A DNA stretch of 64,000 nucleotides from Blastocladiella emersonii ATCC 22665 (lineage: Eukaryota; Fungi; Blastocladiomycota): assembly GCA_025594325.1 (NCBI GenBank), contig JANHCV010000016.1, positions 497,734 to 561,733 on the forward strand. Reading direction: 5' to 3'. This document shows, one piece after another, positions 23,694-35,312 of the stretch; within the stretch, counting starts at the first letter, position 1, and each line of letters opens with the position of its first letter. The notes under the pieces were generated by a model. That model was given only the letters and a program-made list of their open reading frames with translations, did not search any database and was not told the origin of the DNA. The translations under genes were made by a program, and so were the position numbers.

Positions 23694-25448
23694 ATGGCGC
23701 AACCGCAACGTCAACAGCAACTGCACTCGTCGTCCGCGATGAGCGCTTCCTCTCCTTCCACTGCATCATACCCTCCCGTCCCTGCTGCGCCATCCTTCTC
23801 CACATCGGCCGCGAAGCGTAAATCGCCGAGTTCTCGCCGCCAGGACGCGCCGTGCCCCATACGCATCGCCATCGCGCCGTACCCGCCCGTCGCCTCCGCT
23901 TCTCCCACTTCCGCGGCCATTCCGAGCCCGCGCACTGCCACCCCTCGCCAGCGCCGACTCTCTTCTTCATCGTCCGGCAGCCGGAGCCCCATGGTCGCCA
24001 CCTCGTCCAGCCGCCGCGGCAGCGCGAGCTGGGAGTCGCCCCTGCCGACGCCCACCACGCCGTCGCTCCCGACCCCGCTGCACCGGCCCGCGGTCCAGCT
24101 CATGTACACGCACCACCACACACAGGGCACCCTGACGTGCCACGCGTGCCAGAAGACGATGCCGCTCGCGCGCCGCCCTCGCGGCCAGCCGTGGTGCGTT
24201 GTGATGCGGTGACTCCGCCACCGTCGTGATCGGATCACTGATCTTATCTCGCCCGCCCTCAGTCTCCAGTACACGATCAAGTACCATGAGGCAACCGACC
24301 AGCACGCCATCTGCGCCGTCGGCTACTACCTGTGGTCCACGACGTCGCGCTCGACGGCGCACCCGTACACGCCGCCGCCGAACCTCGCGCGCTACTCGGG
24401 AACGCTCTCCGTCACGGCCCTCGAGTGCCTCCTCTTCAACCCGCTGTATTCGGTCCAGCGTAGTGGGACCGGCGGCGCCGTGGTCTGCCACGCGTGCAAC
24501 GTGGCCATCCCGTACGTGTCGAGCGGTACCTCGGCCAAGGGTGCCGGCGGCGGGCTCATGTCGCCCAACGGCCCGCGCTCGGGATCCGGCCCGCTGTCCG
24601 CGAGCCTCGACGCGGTTGCGGCCACGGTTGCTCACGAGAACACATCGGCGCACGAGCTCGGCGTGCTCCGCGCGTCGATGCAGGTCACTCGCGCGTGGGG
24701 CCGCCGGATCCGCATCTGCGCGGCCCCGGCCGACGGCGGGCCCGGCCACACGTGCGGCGAAGGCGCGCCGCCCGAGCTCAACGTCGGCGAGCTCGTGCTG
24801 ACGGACCAGGAGCGCGAGTGGCAGGCCGAGCGGCGCGCGAACGCGAGCGCTGCGGCCGCGGCTGCTGCTACACCGGCTCCCGTCACCACGGCGTCCGCCG
24901 CTTCAACAACGTCCGTCCACATCCAGCCCCCGGCGGTGCACGCACCGGCCTGTCCCGCGGCGCCGCGCAAGCGGTGCAAGTCGGGCACGTCCATGATGCC
25001 GGCGGCGTACCCGGCGGGCCGCGCGGCGCAGGTGTCGCACGCCATGGCCGTCGAGCCGTCGGTCCCCGAGTCGCGCAACGTCCCCGCGCTCGTGTCGCCG
25101 CCTGGATCGCGGCCACGGCTACTAGGGCTCGAGGACGCGCGGCCATTCCCGCCGCCCGTCGCGTACGCGGCACCCGCGGCCGAGGGCGCGTGGGAATACC
25201 AAGCGCCGCCAGCGGTGCTTCAGCCGTCGCCGCCGCAGCAGCACGACCCGCCGCAGCAGCGTTACCCGCAGGAGAACTACTACCAGCTCCCGCCGCTGCC
25301 GCAATACCAGCGCCATGTGCCCTCGCACGTGGGCTACGCGGCATCGAATTCGGGTCTCGACGCGCTCGCAGCGGCTGCAGTGGCCGTGGCCACCCCCGAG
25401 GCGCGGCCGGAGCCTCGACGGATCCGCATCCAGGACCTCCTTAACTAA
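23694..25448 (+). CDS. Hypothetical putative Zn-binding regulator with two CHAC motifs; intron 24194-24262
   Basis: The GTGCGT...CAG intron joins GTLTCHACQKTMP...QPC in frame to LQYTIKYH...GAVVCHACNVAIPY. The rest is low-complexity Ser/Pro/Gln sequence ending in RIRIQDLLN. Confidence 0.6.
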
Positions 25449-25936
25449 ACCCATTCCAAGTGTCGGCGTGCCGCGTTCCCCCCCTATTCTCGTGTAAATA
25501 CACTTATTTCGAAGTCCAATGCCTGTGCGCGAGCGGACTGCTTCAGGGACCGAGTGGCGCGGCGCGTGAGCTGACGCGTCTGACGGACTCGGTGCTTCGC
25601 GACCACAACCTCGCGCGAACGCTCTCGTATATAAGCGAGGGCTCCCGTGCCCAGGCGCGCGCGGGTTTGTTCTGTATACTTACCTATTGTGAATCGTCGA
25701 TGATCAAGAAGGCCGATGATTGCACGTCCGGCTGCGCGCATCGCACTCCCGCGCGCGGCTCGGGCGGGCGCAGCGGTTGGCTCGCCTGCCGACTGTCGCA
25801 GCAAATTTTTGATAGTCGCACGGCTTTCCGTGCGCACTGAGTTGTTGATTTATGCCTGCCGCGAAAACCCAGCCAAATGTATCGACGCCATGTATCAACA
25901 ACCTCTGCCGTCTATCGTCACCCGCGCCGAAGGCTC

Positions 25937-27918
25937 CTACTCACCGCCCGCGGCCGCCTTGATCGCGTTCCCGAGCACGTCAAAGAACATGCCGCTCGGC
26001 CGCGGTCCCGCACCCGCCGCTGTACCCGCGACACGCGCCACGGCCGCACCGACACGCAGTACCGTGTCCTCGTCCCACCACCGGCCGAGGATCTGGAATC
26101 CGATCGGGCACCCCGTGGCCGCGTCGACGCCGACGGGGCAGCTGAGCGCGGGCAGGCCCGAGAAGTTGCCGAGCGTGGCGAACCGCATGCCGTTAATGGT
26201 GCCCGCAGCGTCGCTGATGCCATGCGCGACGCTGCCGGGCGTGATGGGGGGCGCCGAGAAGGGCGTCATGGGGAGCACGATCACGTCGGCGTGCGCGAAG
26301 ATGGTGTCGCGCAGCACGTCGAGCGTGCGCGTGCGCATGCGCTGCGCCGTCAGGTAGTCGTCGACCTTGGCCGCGGCCTGCGCGTGGCACAGCAGCTGCG
26401 TCGGCAGCCCGAGCCGCCCGATCTTGGTCGGGTACCGGTGCCGCACCAGCGAGAAAATCTCGGACGTGATCGACATGACGTGCCCCGTACGGATGAGGTG
26501 CAGGTCTGGGATCACAATGTCGACGAGCTCGGCGCCGCACTGCGCCACGAGCGCGTCCAGGACCGCCTGGCACACCGTGACCACGTCGAGGTCGGCGTCG
26601 CGGAAGTAGTCGCCGTAGTAGCCGAGGCGCAGGCCCTTGAGCGGCGTGGGCGCTGCCGCCCCGCTGCTGGTCGCGGTCGCGAGGTAGGACGGGAGCGACG
26701 GCAGCGGCTGCAGCAGGCTGAGCGGGACCGTCGGGTCGTGGCCCGCCATGACGGCGTACCCGATGGCCACGTCCTCGAGCGACGCGCCGAGCGGGCCAAT
26801 GTGGCCCGTGGACGGGTCGAGGCACGGCGTCGGCGCGCCCGACACGCGCGACCACGTCGGCTTGAGCCCCCACACGCCGCAGTACGACGCGGGGATGCGC
26901 ACGCTGCCGCCGCCGTCGGCGCCCACGGCCAGCGGCACGAAGCCCGCCGCCACGGCCGCGGCGCTCCCACCGGAACTTCCACCCGTGTGGCGGTCGAGGT
27001 CGTGCGGGTTGCGCGCGACGCCGCAGCGGCCGATCGGGTTGCAGGTGATCACGTCGAGCCCGAGCTCGGCCATGTTGGTCTTGCCGACGAGCAGCGCGCC
27101 GGCGTCGCGCAGCCGGGCGACGCAGAAGCTGTCGTGCGCGGCCTTGTCAATGTCGGCGTTGAAGAAGTCGGTGCCGAACATGGCGGGGGTCAGACCCTTG
27201 ACGTCGAGCTCGTCCTTGACGGCGACGGGCACGCCGTCGAGCACGCTCTTGGGCGCGCCCGCCTTCCACCGCGCCGTGCTCTCGGCGGCGGCCGCGAGGA
27301 CCAGCGCGTCGTCGACGACGATGAAGGCGCGCAGCGGCGGCGAGTACGCGTTGGACGCGGCAATCGCGGCGAGCAGCGTCCGCGCGACATCGGTCGGCGT
27401 CACGGCGCCCGCCGCGTACTGCGCGTGGTAGTCGCGGATTGTCCAGTGACGGAACGGGTGCTCGGCCGACGCGGGCCGAGACGCGGGCACGGGCAGCGCG
27501 GCAAAGTCGGCGACGGAGACCTGTACAGCAGGCACGCAAGTCAGCTTCTATTCAGAACACGCTCACACTTTGGCACGTACCGGGCGCGCCTTGGCCGCAT
27601 CCAGGGCGTCGTGCGACGGCGGGACGAGCGGGTACAGCGACGCGTCCTCGCGCAAGTCGAGCCCGCGCAGCGCCGTCATGCCGGCGTCGGCCCAGATGCG
27701 CGCCGATACGGCGGGCAGCGCCCACGCAACCTGCGCGACGGCCCACTGCGGGAACCAGCCCTCGAGGACCGGCGCCTTGCCGCGGATCGGCGTGTACGTT
27801 GCCGTGATGGCGGTCACGGCAGCAGCAGCAGCGGCGGCAACGGCAACGGCCTCGCCGGCACCGCGGCGGGTCGGCGAGGGGTCACGCTTGGGCTTCGGGT
27901 CCGAGTCCGAGTTCATGG
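25937..27918 (-). CDS. FAAH: Amidase-signature family fatty acid amide hydrolase, plant FAAH-like; intron 27521-27580
   Basis: Amidase triad motifs VAVKDE, GGSSGGS and GADGGGSVRIPA are present. The N-terminal APVLEG and FRHWTIRDY...TPTDVA segments resemble Arabidopsis FAAH. The GTACGT...CAG intron splices in frame. Start codon approximate. Confidence 0.85.
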
Positions 27919-28439
27919 TGTGCTCCATCGATGTCGTCGTGGGAGAGCGAGGATGGGCCGGAGCGCGATGGACCGCTTTTGTAGTCCCCCTCGCCCACGC
28001 CCGTCCTTGCCGGAACCCTCTTGGGGCCTCGGAGCGACGACGGCGGCGGCGGGGGCGGCGGCGGAGATTCGGGGGGACATGTGGGCGGGGGACGGCCGAG
28101 CGGGTGGGTCGGCGCCGAGCAGGGCCCAGGGGGGGCGACAACCGCGCGCGCTGTGGAAGCGATGATCGACACAGGGAAGCCGACGCGTGCCATAGACTGC
28201 CACTCCAATCCGCCTCTCAGGCCTCCGCTTGCGCCACCCGCCACATCGCCTCGGCCGCTTTTCTCTCTCTCTTTGACCTCGGCAAGCCCGTGGATCGCAA
28301 TAAACATGATAACTATGCATTACAAAAATGTTCTCTCTTGCTGCAACTGCCCGATCTCTGACTTCCCTCGCGGGCCCGTGACCCGTTGGACTCGGCGCGC
28401 GGCGCGAAGCTGCGCCTGGCACGATCTCGCCGACCGTGT

Positions 28440-31390
28440 CTACGACTGGGGACCCACATGAGTGCCGTTGCGGTGGAAGCCGCGGTTGCTCGGTCTCGAC
28501 TCGATGCCGCCCTCGACTTCGTCTGCTGGGCGCTTGCGCGGGCGGTCGGCGGGGGCGGCGGGAGCGATCGGAGTGCCGCGTGCCCATCCCTCGCCGCGCA
28601 TCGTCCCCCACACGCCCGTGTTGCGCTTGTACCCGCCGATCATCGAGTGCCGCGACGAGGACCCGACGAACCCGCCGCGCTCGTCAAACGGCTTCGCGAG
28701 CTGCTCGGCCGAGTGGTCGGCCTTGCTCATGGCGAGCAGGATCACGATGCGTGGCAGCGTGTTGGACTTGGCGCGCCCGTCCTGGCCCCACGCGTTGCGG
28801 CAGCCCGAGAAGTACGCCTCGACCATGTCGGTGGTGAGGAAGCGCTGCCGCCACGGCTTGGCGTTCGGCCCTGGGTTGGCGCGAACGTAGCGCTCGTCAA
28901 AGGCCTTGAACGCGCCAATGATGCTGAACAGGGCCGTGATGGTGCAGGTGGGGATGCCGGACACGTACTTGGTCGGCGACCCGCCGTCGGCCAAACACCA
29001 CTTCTCGAGGAACGCGAGGTAGAAGATGCTGCCGGCCTCGTCGACGAGCTGGTGCCGCTGCTCAATGCCGAGGTTGGAGCTGTTCATCGCGTCCTGGAGC
29101 TTGCGGCAGGTGTTGAGGATGATGCAGAGTCCAGTACCTTTTTCGTTGTTGGGTCCGGCCGCCTCGCGCACCTTGTCGATGCACTCCATTGAGAACAGCC
29201 TTAGCGCCTCGGGAACGTTTTGTCGATCGCGTTTCTTCCACTTTGGGCCGAGCACCTCGGGGAACAGCTTGATGATCTTGTCGATCAGCGTGTGGTCCGT
29301 CTTGCCCTCAATGGAGCTCTCGCTGAAGTGGATCGCGGCGCGCTTGAACGCGTGGTCGCGGTCGTGCACCGTCACGATCTCGTGCAGCTGACCGTCGAGC
29401 CCGACTCGAACCACAGGAACCCATGGTACTCGCCGTACGTCGTGCTTGGGGTTGAGCTTCAGGCGCGCGTCGATCCACAGCACCGTCTGCACGCTCGTGA
29501 ACGCCGCCTGTGTGACCGTCGCGGAAGGGCTCCGTCTCAGCTTGTCGCGGACCTTGATGATGGCCTTGATGTGCACGTCTTTCTTCCAGGTCGTGAAGTA
29601 GTGCTCATTCCACTTGGCCTTGACGTCGCTCGAGTTGTTGAGCAGCGACATGGCCGAATCGACGTTGCAGTTGAACCACTCGCGCAGCGCATCTTCCTCC
29701 ATGTTCTTCCACTGCGCTTGCGCGTCACGAACCATCTGCGGGTAGCACGCCGCGCCAGGTCCGCGACCCATGAGGCAGTTGGCGTTCGAGCCGTCGCTCC
29801 TATACAAGCAAACTCGCTGTCAGCAAGCGCCGCTGATGTGGGACGAGGAGAACGTACGCTTGGGCGGCCACCGAGATACCAGCTTTCTTGAGCTCGTAGT
29901 TGATGTATCGCAGTACGGGTAGAATGATGCTGGCGGATTCGGATGCGACGAGAAGGCGAGCGACCACGAACTGCAGGTTGTTGAGCGCGTCGGTCACGGT
30001 GAAGACGAGAATTTTCGTCGCCGCAGCGGTGACGGCCACGAGCGCGTCGTGGGCACCGTCGAGCGCCTCGATGATGAGCTGCAGCAGATCAAGGGCAACC
30101 TTGGTCGGGCGCTGTACCGGGCCCTGCTCAGTCATGACCATGGCCACCTGCTGTTCGAGCTGCTGCGCGTGGAGCTCGAGCCAGGAAATGTTCCTAATCA
30201 GACACAGCAAAGGTAAGCGGTCATGATCGCCGACCACAAACCTGTTGAGCGTACATATGGACACGGCTGCGCTTGGCGCTCAGCTTGGCGAGGGCCACCT
30301 TGGCCTTCTCCTTGGAGGCGTCCGAGGTCTCGGGGCTCTCGATCTTGCTCCGCTTCCTCTCCTCTTTTTCAGCGAGCGCCTCCGAGTATACGTTCGCGCG
30401 CTCGCAGAGGTAGCGCAGCGTGTCGATGACCTGCTGCGCGCACTTGCAAAGCTTGTTCTTCTCGTTGAAACCTGGGAGGGCGGTGGCCGGTGCTGGTGCA
30501 GCGCCGCCGCTCTCCGACCCGACCGCGGCTGCTGCTGTTGCGGCTGGCGCGGCGTGGAACTCGGACACGGCCTGCTCGGCCGCATCGCACGCGTCGTTGA
30601 GCTCGTCGACCTTGAGCTTGTCGATCAGCTCAACGGGGAGCGCGAACTTGGGGTCGGACGCGTCCTTGAAGCGCTCGTCGTGGACTACACGCGGATCCGG
30701 ACGTCAGGGCGCGCGTATCGAGCGACAAAAACGCACGAAGCGAGCCGCACCGGGTTCCGCTAGAAGCTTGAACGCCATGTCGAGGTTACCAAACTCTGGG
30801 CCGCCTTGGACGATGCCGTCCTCATAGTGACGCGGCTCGTCGGGCTTGTCCGTGCCGTCGAACGCGACACACACTTCCACGATGTTGCCCTTGGCCTTCT
30901 GCTCCGTCACGTACTTGGCCACGTCCTCGATGCGGCCGTACTGGAGCCCGATCGGGTTCTTCTTGTCCAGGTCCTGCTTGGCCTTGCGCTGCACTGTGCG
31001 CGTGTCCGGGATGAACAGGTTGATGAGGTGCGGGGTGCCGTGTGCGTTGTGACGGACGCCGTCAGTCAGGCCGGCGGGCACGGCCTTTCCGGGCCCGCGC
31101 AGGTACCGGAACGCCTTGTGGCCGCCGCCCTCGGCGTGGAAGTAGCACCACGCCTCGATCGTCGCGGAATCGTAGAACGTGATCGTGATGCCGAGAACGC
31201 CGCGGACTTGGTCGCGAATATGTAGGAACATGAACTGCTTGCGGGGGAGCACGCTGTCCTTGGACAGCGCCGTGGCCAGCTGGATGAGGAGCTCGATGCC
31301 CTCCTTGTCCTTGATCTGCACGGCGAGAATGGCGAGCGACTGCACGTCCTCGGACCCGCCGCACGTCGAAGAGCGCAGCGTGGCGAACAA
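28440..31390 (-). mobile_element. P-element/THAP9-superfamily DDE transposase gene, spliced (introns 30685-30750, 30194-30254, 29800-29857); 5' end unresolved
   Basis: Three canonical introns (GTGCGG..TAG, GTACGC..TAG, GTACGT..TAG) join four ORF pieces in frame with no stops. Motifs appear in P-family order: GGGHKAFRYLRG..FIPDTRTVQR, VCVAFDGT (D1), ATKILVF, AGISVAAQASDGSNAN (D2), HDRDHAFK (DxxH), DRQNVPEALRLFS and FLTTDMVEAYFSGCR (E). Confidence 0.78.
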
Positions 31391-31556
31391 GGGAGTGAAG
31401 CATTGGACGGTGAATAGATCTGAGTATATATAGGGAGGAAATCATGCAGGCAATGGACAATGATGGGAGGTCAAGTTCGAGAACGAGCGCGACAGCGGCT
31501 GCTGCTTGCACGACAGCGAAGCCATGCGGATCTCGAAGTTGAGCTTGAGCTTGAGC

Positions 31557-32282
31557 TTACAGGAACGGATCCAGTTGATGGGCGGCGGCAGCAGCGAGAG
31601 GCCCGAGTTGGGCGAGCGGGACACCAAACCCGACCGCGACGGCAGGTTGAGCGGCGTGCGTGTGGAACCCGGGAGCCGCAGCGGGCAGGTGGACGGGCGC
31701 GTTGAGGCCGTGCGTGGCGCCGGCGAGGTCGATGGGCGCGTGGAGACCGTACGCCGGCGCGGGTGCGGGCGTTGTGCCCGGGCCGGAGCCCAGCCCTTGG
31801 ACGAGCTCGGCAGAAGAAGTCGATGGACTCGAGGGTAGCTCCGAGTAGGAGATGAGCGGGACAAAACTCGGCACGTCGGGGCTCGAGGTGCAAACGTCCG
31901 TCGCGTGGAGACGTTCCACCGCCCTCGCGACTTTCTCGACCACACCCGTCTCGTACTCCTGCATGGACGCGAGCCAGTAGCGCGTCGACTCGTCCCACAC
32001 GCGGTACCCCCAGTACCAGTCGGCCTTGTGCATGTGCAGCTCGTACCGCGCGTTCACCTCCTGGATGGCGCTAGCGAGGTTACGCTCCAGGTCCGACTCG
32101 GCGCGCGCAAACGTGCCGAGCGCCGCAGCCCGCGCCGCATCCCAAGCGGTTGGATGGTCCTGCGGGCCAGCGAGGGCGAGGGCGCGGCGGTGGCAGTGCT
32201 CGATTCGCGCGGTAGTCGACTGGCGCAGGATCTCTCGGAACATCTGCGCCTCCTCGCGGGCGACGCGTCGCCGGAACGTCAT
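31557..32282 (-). CDS. Hypothetical ORF immediately upstream of the transposase (possible 5' exon)
   Basis: 241-aa ORF with a helical, Trp-rich N-terminal half. Its stop lies inside a GTAAGC splice-donor-like sequence, suggesting it may splice onward. Confidence 0.45.
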   Translation of the reverse strand: MTFRRRVAREEAQMFREILRQSTTARIEHCHRRALALAGPQDHPTAWDAARAAALGTFARAESDLERNLASAIQEVNARYELHMHKADWYWGYRVWDESTRYWLASMQEYETGVVEKVARAVERLHATDVCTSSPDVPSFVPLISYSELPSSPSTSSAELVQGLGSGPGTTPAPAPAYGLHAPIDLAGATHGLNAPVHLPAAAPGFHTHAAQPAVAVGFGVPLAQLGPLAAAAAHQLDPFL

Positions 32283-32708
32283 GACGCGCGTGATGTCGGT
32301 CGGGTCATGAATTCGAGCATAAGTTCGCGGAACTTCTTCTCCGACATCACATGTTCATGGAGCGGCCATTTCATTGCATAGAGTGGGAATCGTTCATGCA
32401 CGATGAGGGAAGCGGAAGGAGCTGTCGACGGGTGGGCAAGCTGACCGCCGCGCGCGAGCGAGACGCGTGGGGGACGCGTTGAAAGGAGTGGCAGCCACTC
32501 GACTTTATGGCACGCGGATGGCCGTTGTCGCCCCCCTGAGCAGGGCCGCCGATCAGCCGCGGGCGGCACCGCTGCCGCCGACTCGGCCACCTCGGCAACG
32601 ACGGAGGAGGGAGGGAGACGACAAAGAGGGATGTATATGTTGTTACGTGTGGGGTGGGTAGATTCGACAAAACGGAGGGCAAGAGGGGGAAGAGAACGAC
32701 GGGGCCGC

Positions 32709-34965
32709 TCAGACGGCGCCGAGCGACATGAGGCCGACCTGGGTCTGCAGCACCTCCATGGCCATCTTGACCTCGAGGTGGCGGCGCGCTTCCCGCAGCC
32801 AGCCCTCGGCCAGGATCTTGGGCCACCCGGCGAGGGCGTTGAGCTCGCGCGTCGCCGCCTCGAGGTCCTCGCGCTGCAGGTGCCACTCGACGCGCGCCAG
32901 CACGCTCTCGACGCCGCCCTCCTTGTACAGCGCCGGCGTCTTGGGGATCATGAGCGCTGACAGCGCCCGCGACACCGTGTACGACAGGAACCCGACCGGC
33001 GGCACGTCCGTGCCCTGCGCCGTCGCCCCGGACTTGGCCGCCGCCGTGCGGATCGCGTCGCCCGCCGCCGACGACTCGGGTAGCATCGACGCCACCAGCG
33101 CCGCGAGCGACTGCACGCTGTCGTTCTCGCCCGACGCCGGCAGCAGCGCCGCGCGCCGCACCTCGGGCACCACCGACTGCGTGAACCGCACGTGCAGCTC
33201 CGGGAACGACGCGATCCCCGCGTTCTGCGTGTCGGCGTCGACCGTGTCCAGCACGCTGCGCATCAGCTCGTCGCCGAGCGTCAGCTTGCGCAGCAGCTCC
33301 CACTGCGCCCGGAACGGCATCGACCGCGCCGCCGTGCGGCCCGCCGCGCTCGTGTCGAACAGCGTCGCGTGCAGCGCCTGCAGCGCAGAGTACAGCGAGT
33401 GCACGTGGTACGACGAGTGCAGCTTTTCGGCGTTGATGAAGCAGATCTTCTCCAGGTACTTGAGCTTCAGCGTCAGGTGGTCGAGCCGCGCGAGCCGCCC
33501 GCTGCGCTCGTGGTCCAGGCGGTCCTGCAGCTGGCGCCGCCACGTCGCCTCGAGCTCCTTGGCCTGCGTCGAGAGCAGCTCACGCGTCGCCGCCGCCCAC
33601 TGCTGCTCGTACGCCGCCAGCGTCGCCGCGTGCTTGCCCTCCTCGGATGCCAGCGCCGCCGCGCCGGCCGCCTCGACCTGGGCGCGCTCCGCGGCAAACT
33701 GCGCGCGCAGGGCGTCCTCGTGCGTCGCGAGCACCGCGCGGAACTCCTCGGCCTGCTGGGCGAGGACCGCCGTCACGAGCTCGTTCTGCTCGTCGGTGAG
33801 CAGGTCGAGCTGCGTCGCCACGGCGTCGAGGTCGTGCTCGGCCGACTGCAGCACCTCGCGGATCTTGTTGTACGACGGGCGCACCGACGGCGACGTCTGC
33901 GCGAGCGCGCTCATGATGGCGTTGAGCCGGTTGAGCGAGTGCTGCAGCGAGTCGACGGCCTTGGACCGGCCCTCGGGCCGCTTGCGCGGCGCAGCGTCCT
34001 CGACGAGCAACGCGGCATCGGCACCCGACAGGGACTCGAGCGCGGCCTGCACCTTGGCGGGGGCCTCCTCGGCGCCCTTGGCCGCAGCCACGGTCGCAGC
34101 GGCGGTCGACGCGGCAGCCACGACGGCGGCAGCGGCGGCCTCGACGGGGACGACGGCCTCCGCGGTCGTGGCAGCGGCAGCGGCAGCGACGGGCTCCTCG
34201 GGCGCGCGGGCAGCCTTGGCCTCGCGGGCGGGCGACGCGGCGCGCTTCGCCGGCTGCTTCTTGGCGGCGGGAGCAGCGGGCTGCTCGGGCGCGGGCGTCG
34301 CAGCAGGAACGACGGGCTCCTCGGCCTTGGCGGCAGGAGCGGGAGCCGCGACCTCACGCTGCACGGGCGCGGGCGTGGGAGCGGCGACGCGGGCAGGCGC
34401 GGGCGCGGAGACGGTCTCGCGGACAGCCTCCTTGACCTTGACCTCGGCCTGCTTGGCGACGGTCACGACAGTGCTCTCGACGGTCTTGGTGCCGGCGGCG
34501 AGCGCGTCCCACGGGAGCATGGGCGCCGAGGCCTTGAGCTTGTTGCGGAACGGCTCGTCGTTGGCCGCGTGGTACAGGGTGCCGGCCACACCGACCATAG
34601 TCAGGAACAGCGTCGAGTAGAGCACGCGCTTGAAGCCCGAGCCGGCCGCGGACGAGCCGGCGTCCTCGAACGGCTCCTCGTCGGGCTTGCTGATCTTGGG
34701 CTCAGGCTTGGCGGCGGCAGCGGACGTCGCGGCAGCAGGCGAAGCGGCAGCAGCGGCGGGGGCCGTGGTCGGAGCGGCAGCGGGCGTCTCCGGCTTGGGG
34801 GCTTCGGTGGAGAGCGGGCGCGCCGAGTGGGGCAGCTACACTCGCAGGACACACGTCAGGGTCTCGACCCAGGCGATCAGAGGTCGCAGAGGCACACACC
34901 AGGGCAGCCGAGGCCTGGCGAGCTGCCAGGGAGCGCGCGGCGGAGAAGCGCGAGAGGCGGAGCAT
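32709..34965 (-). CDS. MIC60: MICOS complex subunit Mic60/mitofilin
   Basis: Arg-rich mitochondrial presequence in exon 1 (MLRLSRFSAARSLAARQ), one TM segment (LYSTLFLTMVGVAGTLY) and a long coiled coil. The mitofilin C-terminus reads VESVLARVEWHLQREDLEAATRELNALAGWPKILAEGWLREARRHLEV. Confidence 0.92.
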
Positions 34966-35312
34966 GGTGGGTGGAGACTCTCGAGTCGCCGCAGTCGCCG
35001 TGGACGGTCGTTGAGGGCGCGATCGGGGCGGCCGTCTGAAGCTACGTGGTTTGCCGCAAGTGAGCGGGAGAGGCGGGGTCCGTCAGAGTGTGCCGGGGGT
35101 GATGAAGGGGGTCGGCAGCAGCGGCCGCGGTGGTCGCCGCCGACCCGAGCCTGTTGATCGCCCTGTCAGGTGAGCTCGCGTCTTGCCATATATCATACTC
35201 GCTCGCGGGAATATCACGGCGGAGGCACACGGCAAGAAAAGGTGGGGACATGATACATTTACACAGCTAACCAAGACTAAATCACACTCCAGGCGGCTTG
35301 GGGACCGGCCAT

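Noticed and set aside
30194-30270. Apparent frameshift in the transposase between ORFs 30221-30568 and 29800-30264
   Set aside because: Resolved by the GTACGC donor at 30254, which restores the frame (RVHM|NISWLEL).
28313-32381. 7-bp inverted match CTATGCA/TGCATAG as a possible TIR
   Set aside because: Too short, does not extend, and has no adjacent TSD.
28276-32598. 10-bp direct repeat ACCTCGGCAA (28276-28285 and 32589-32598) flanking the transposase region, as a possible TSD
   Set aside because: The sequences just inside the repeats are not inverted repeats of each other, and the length differs from the 8-bp P TSD. A chance match is plausible in GC-rich DNA.
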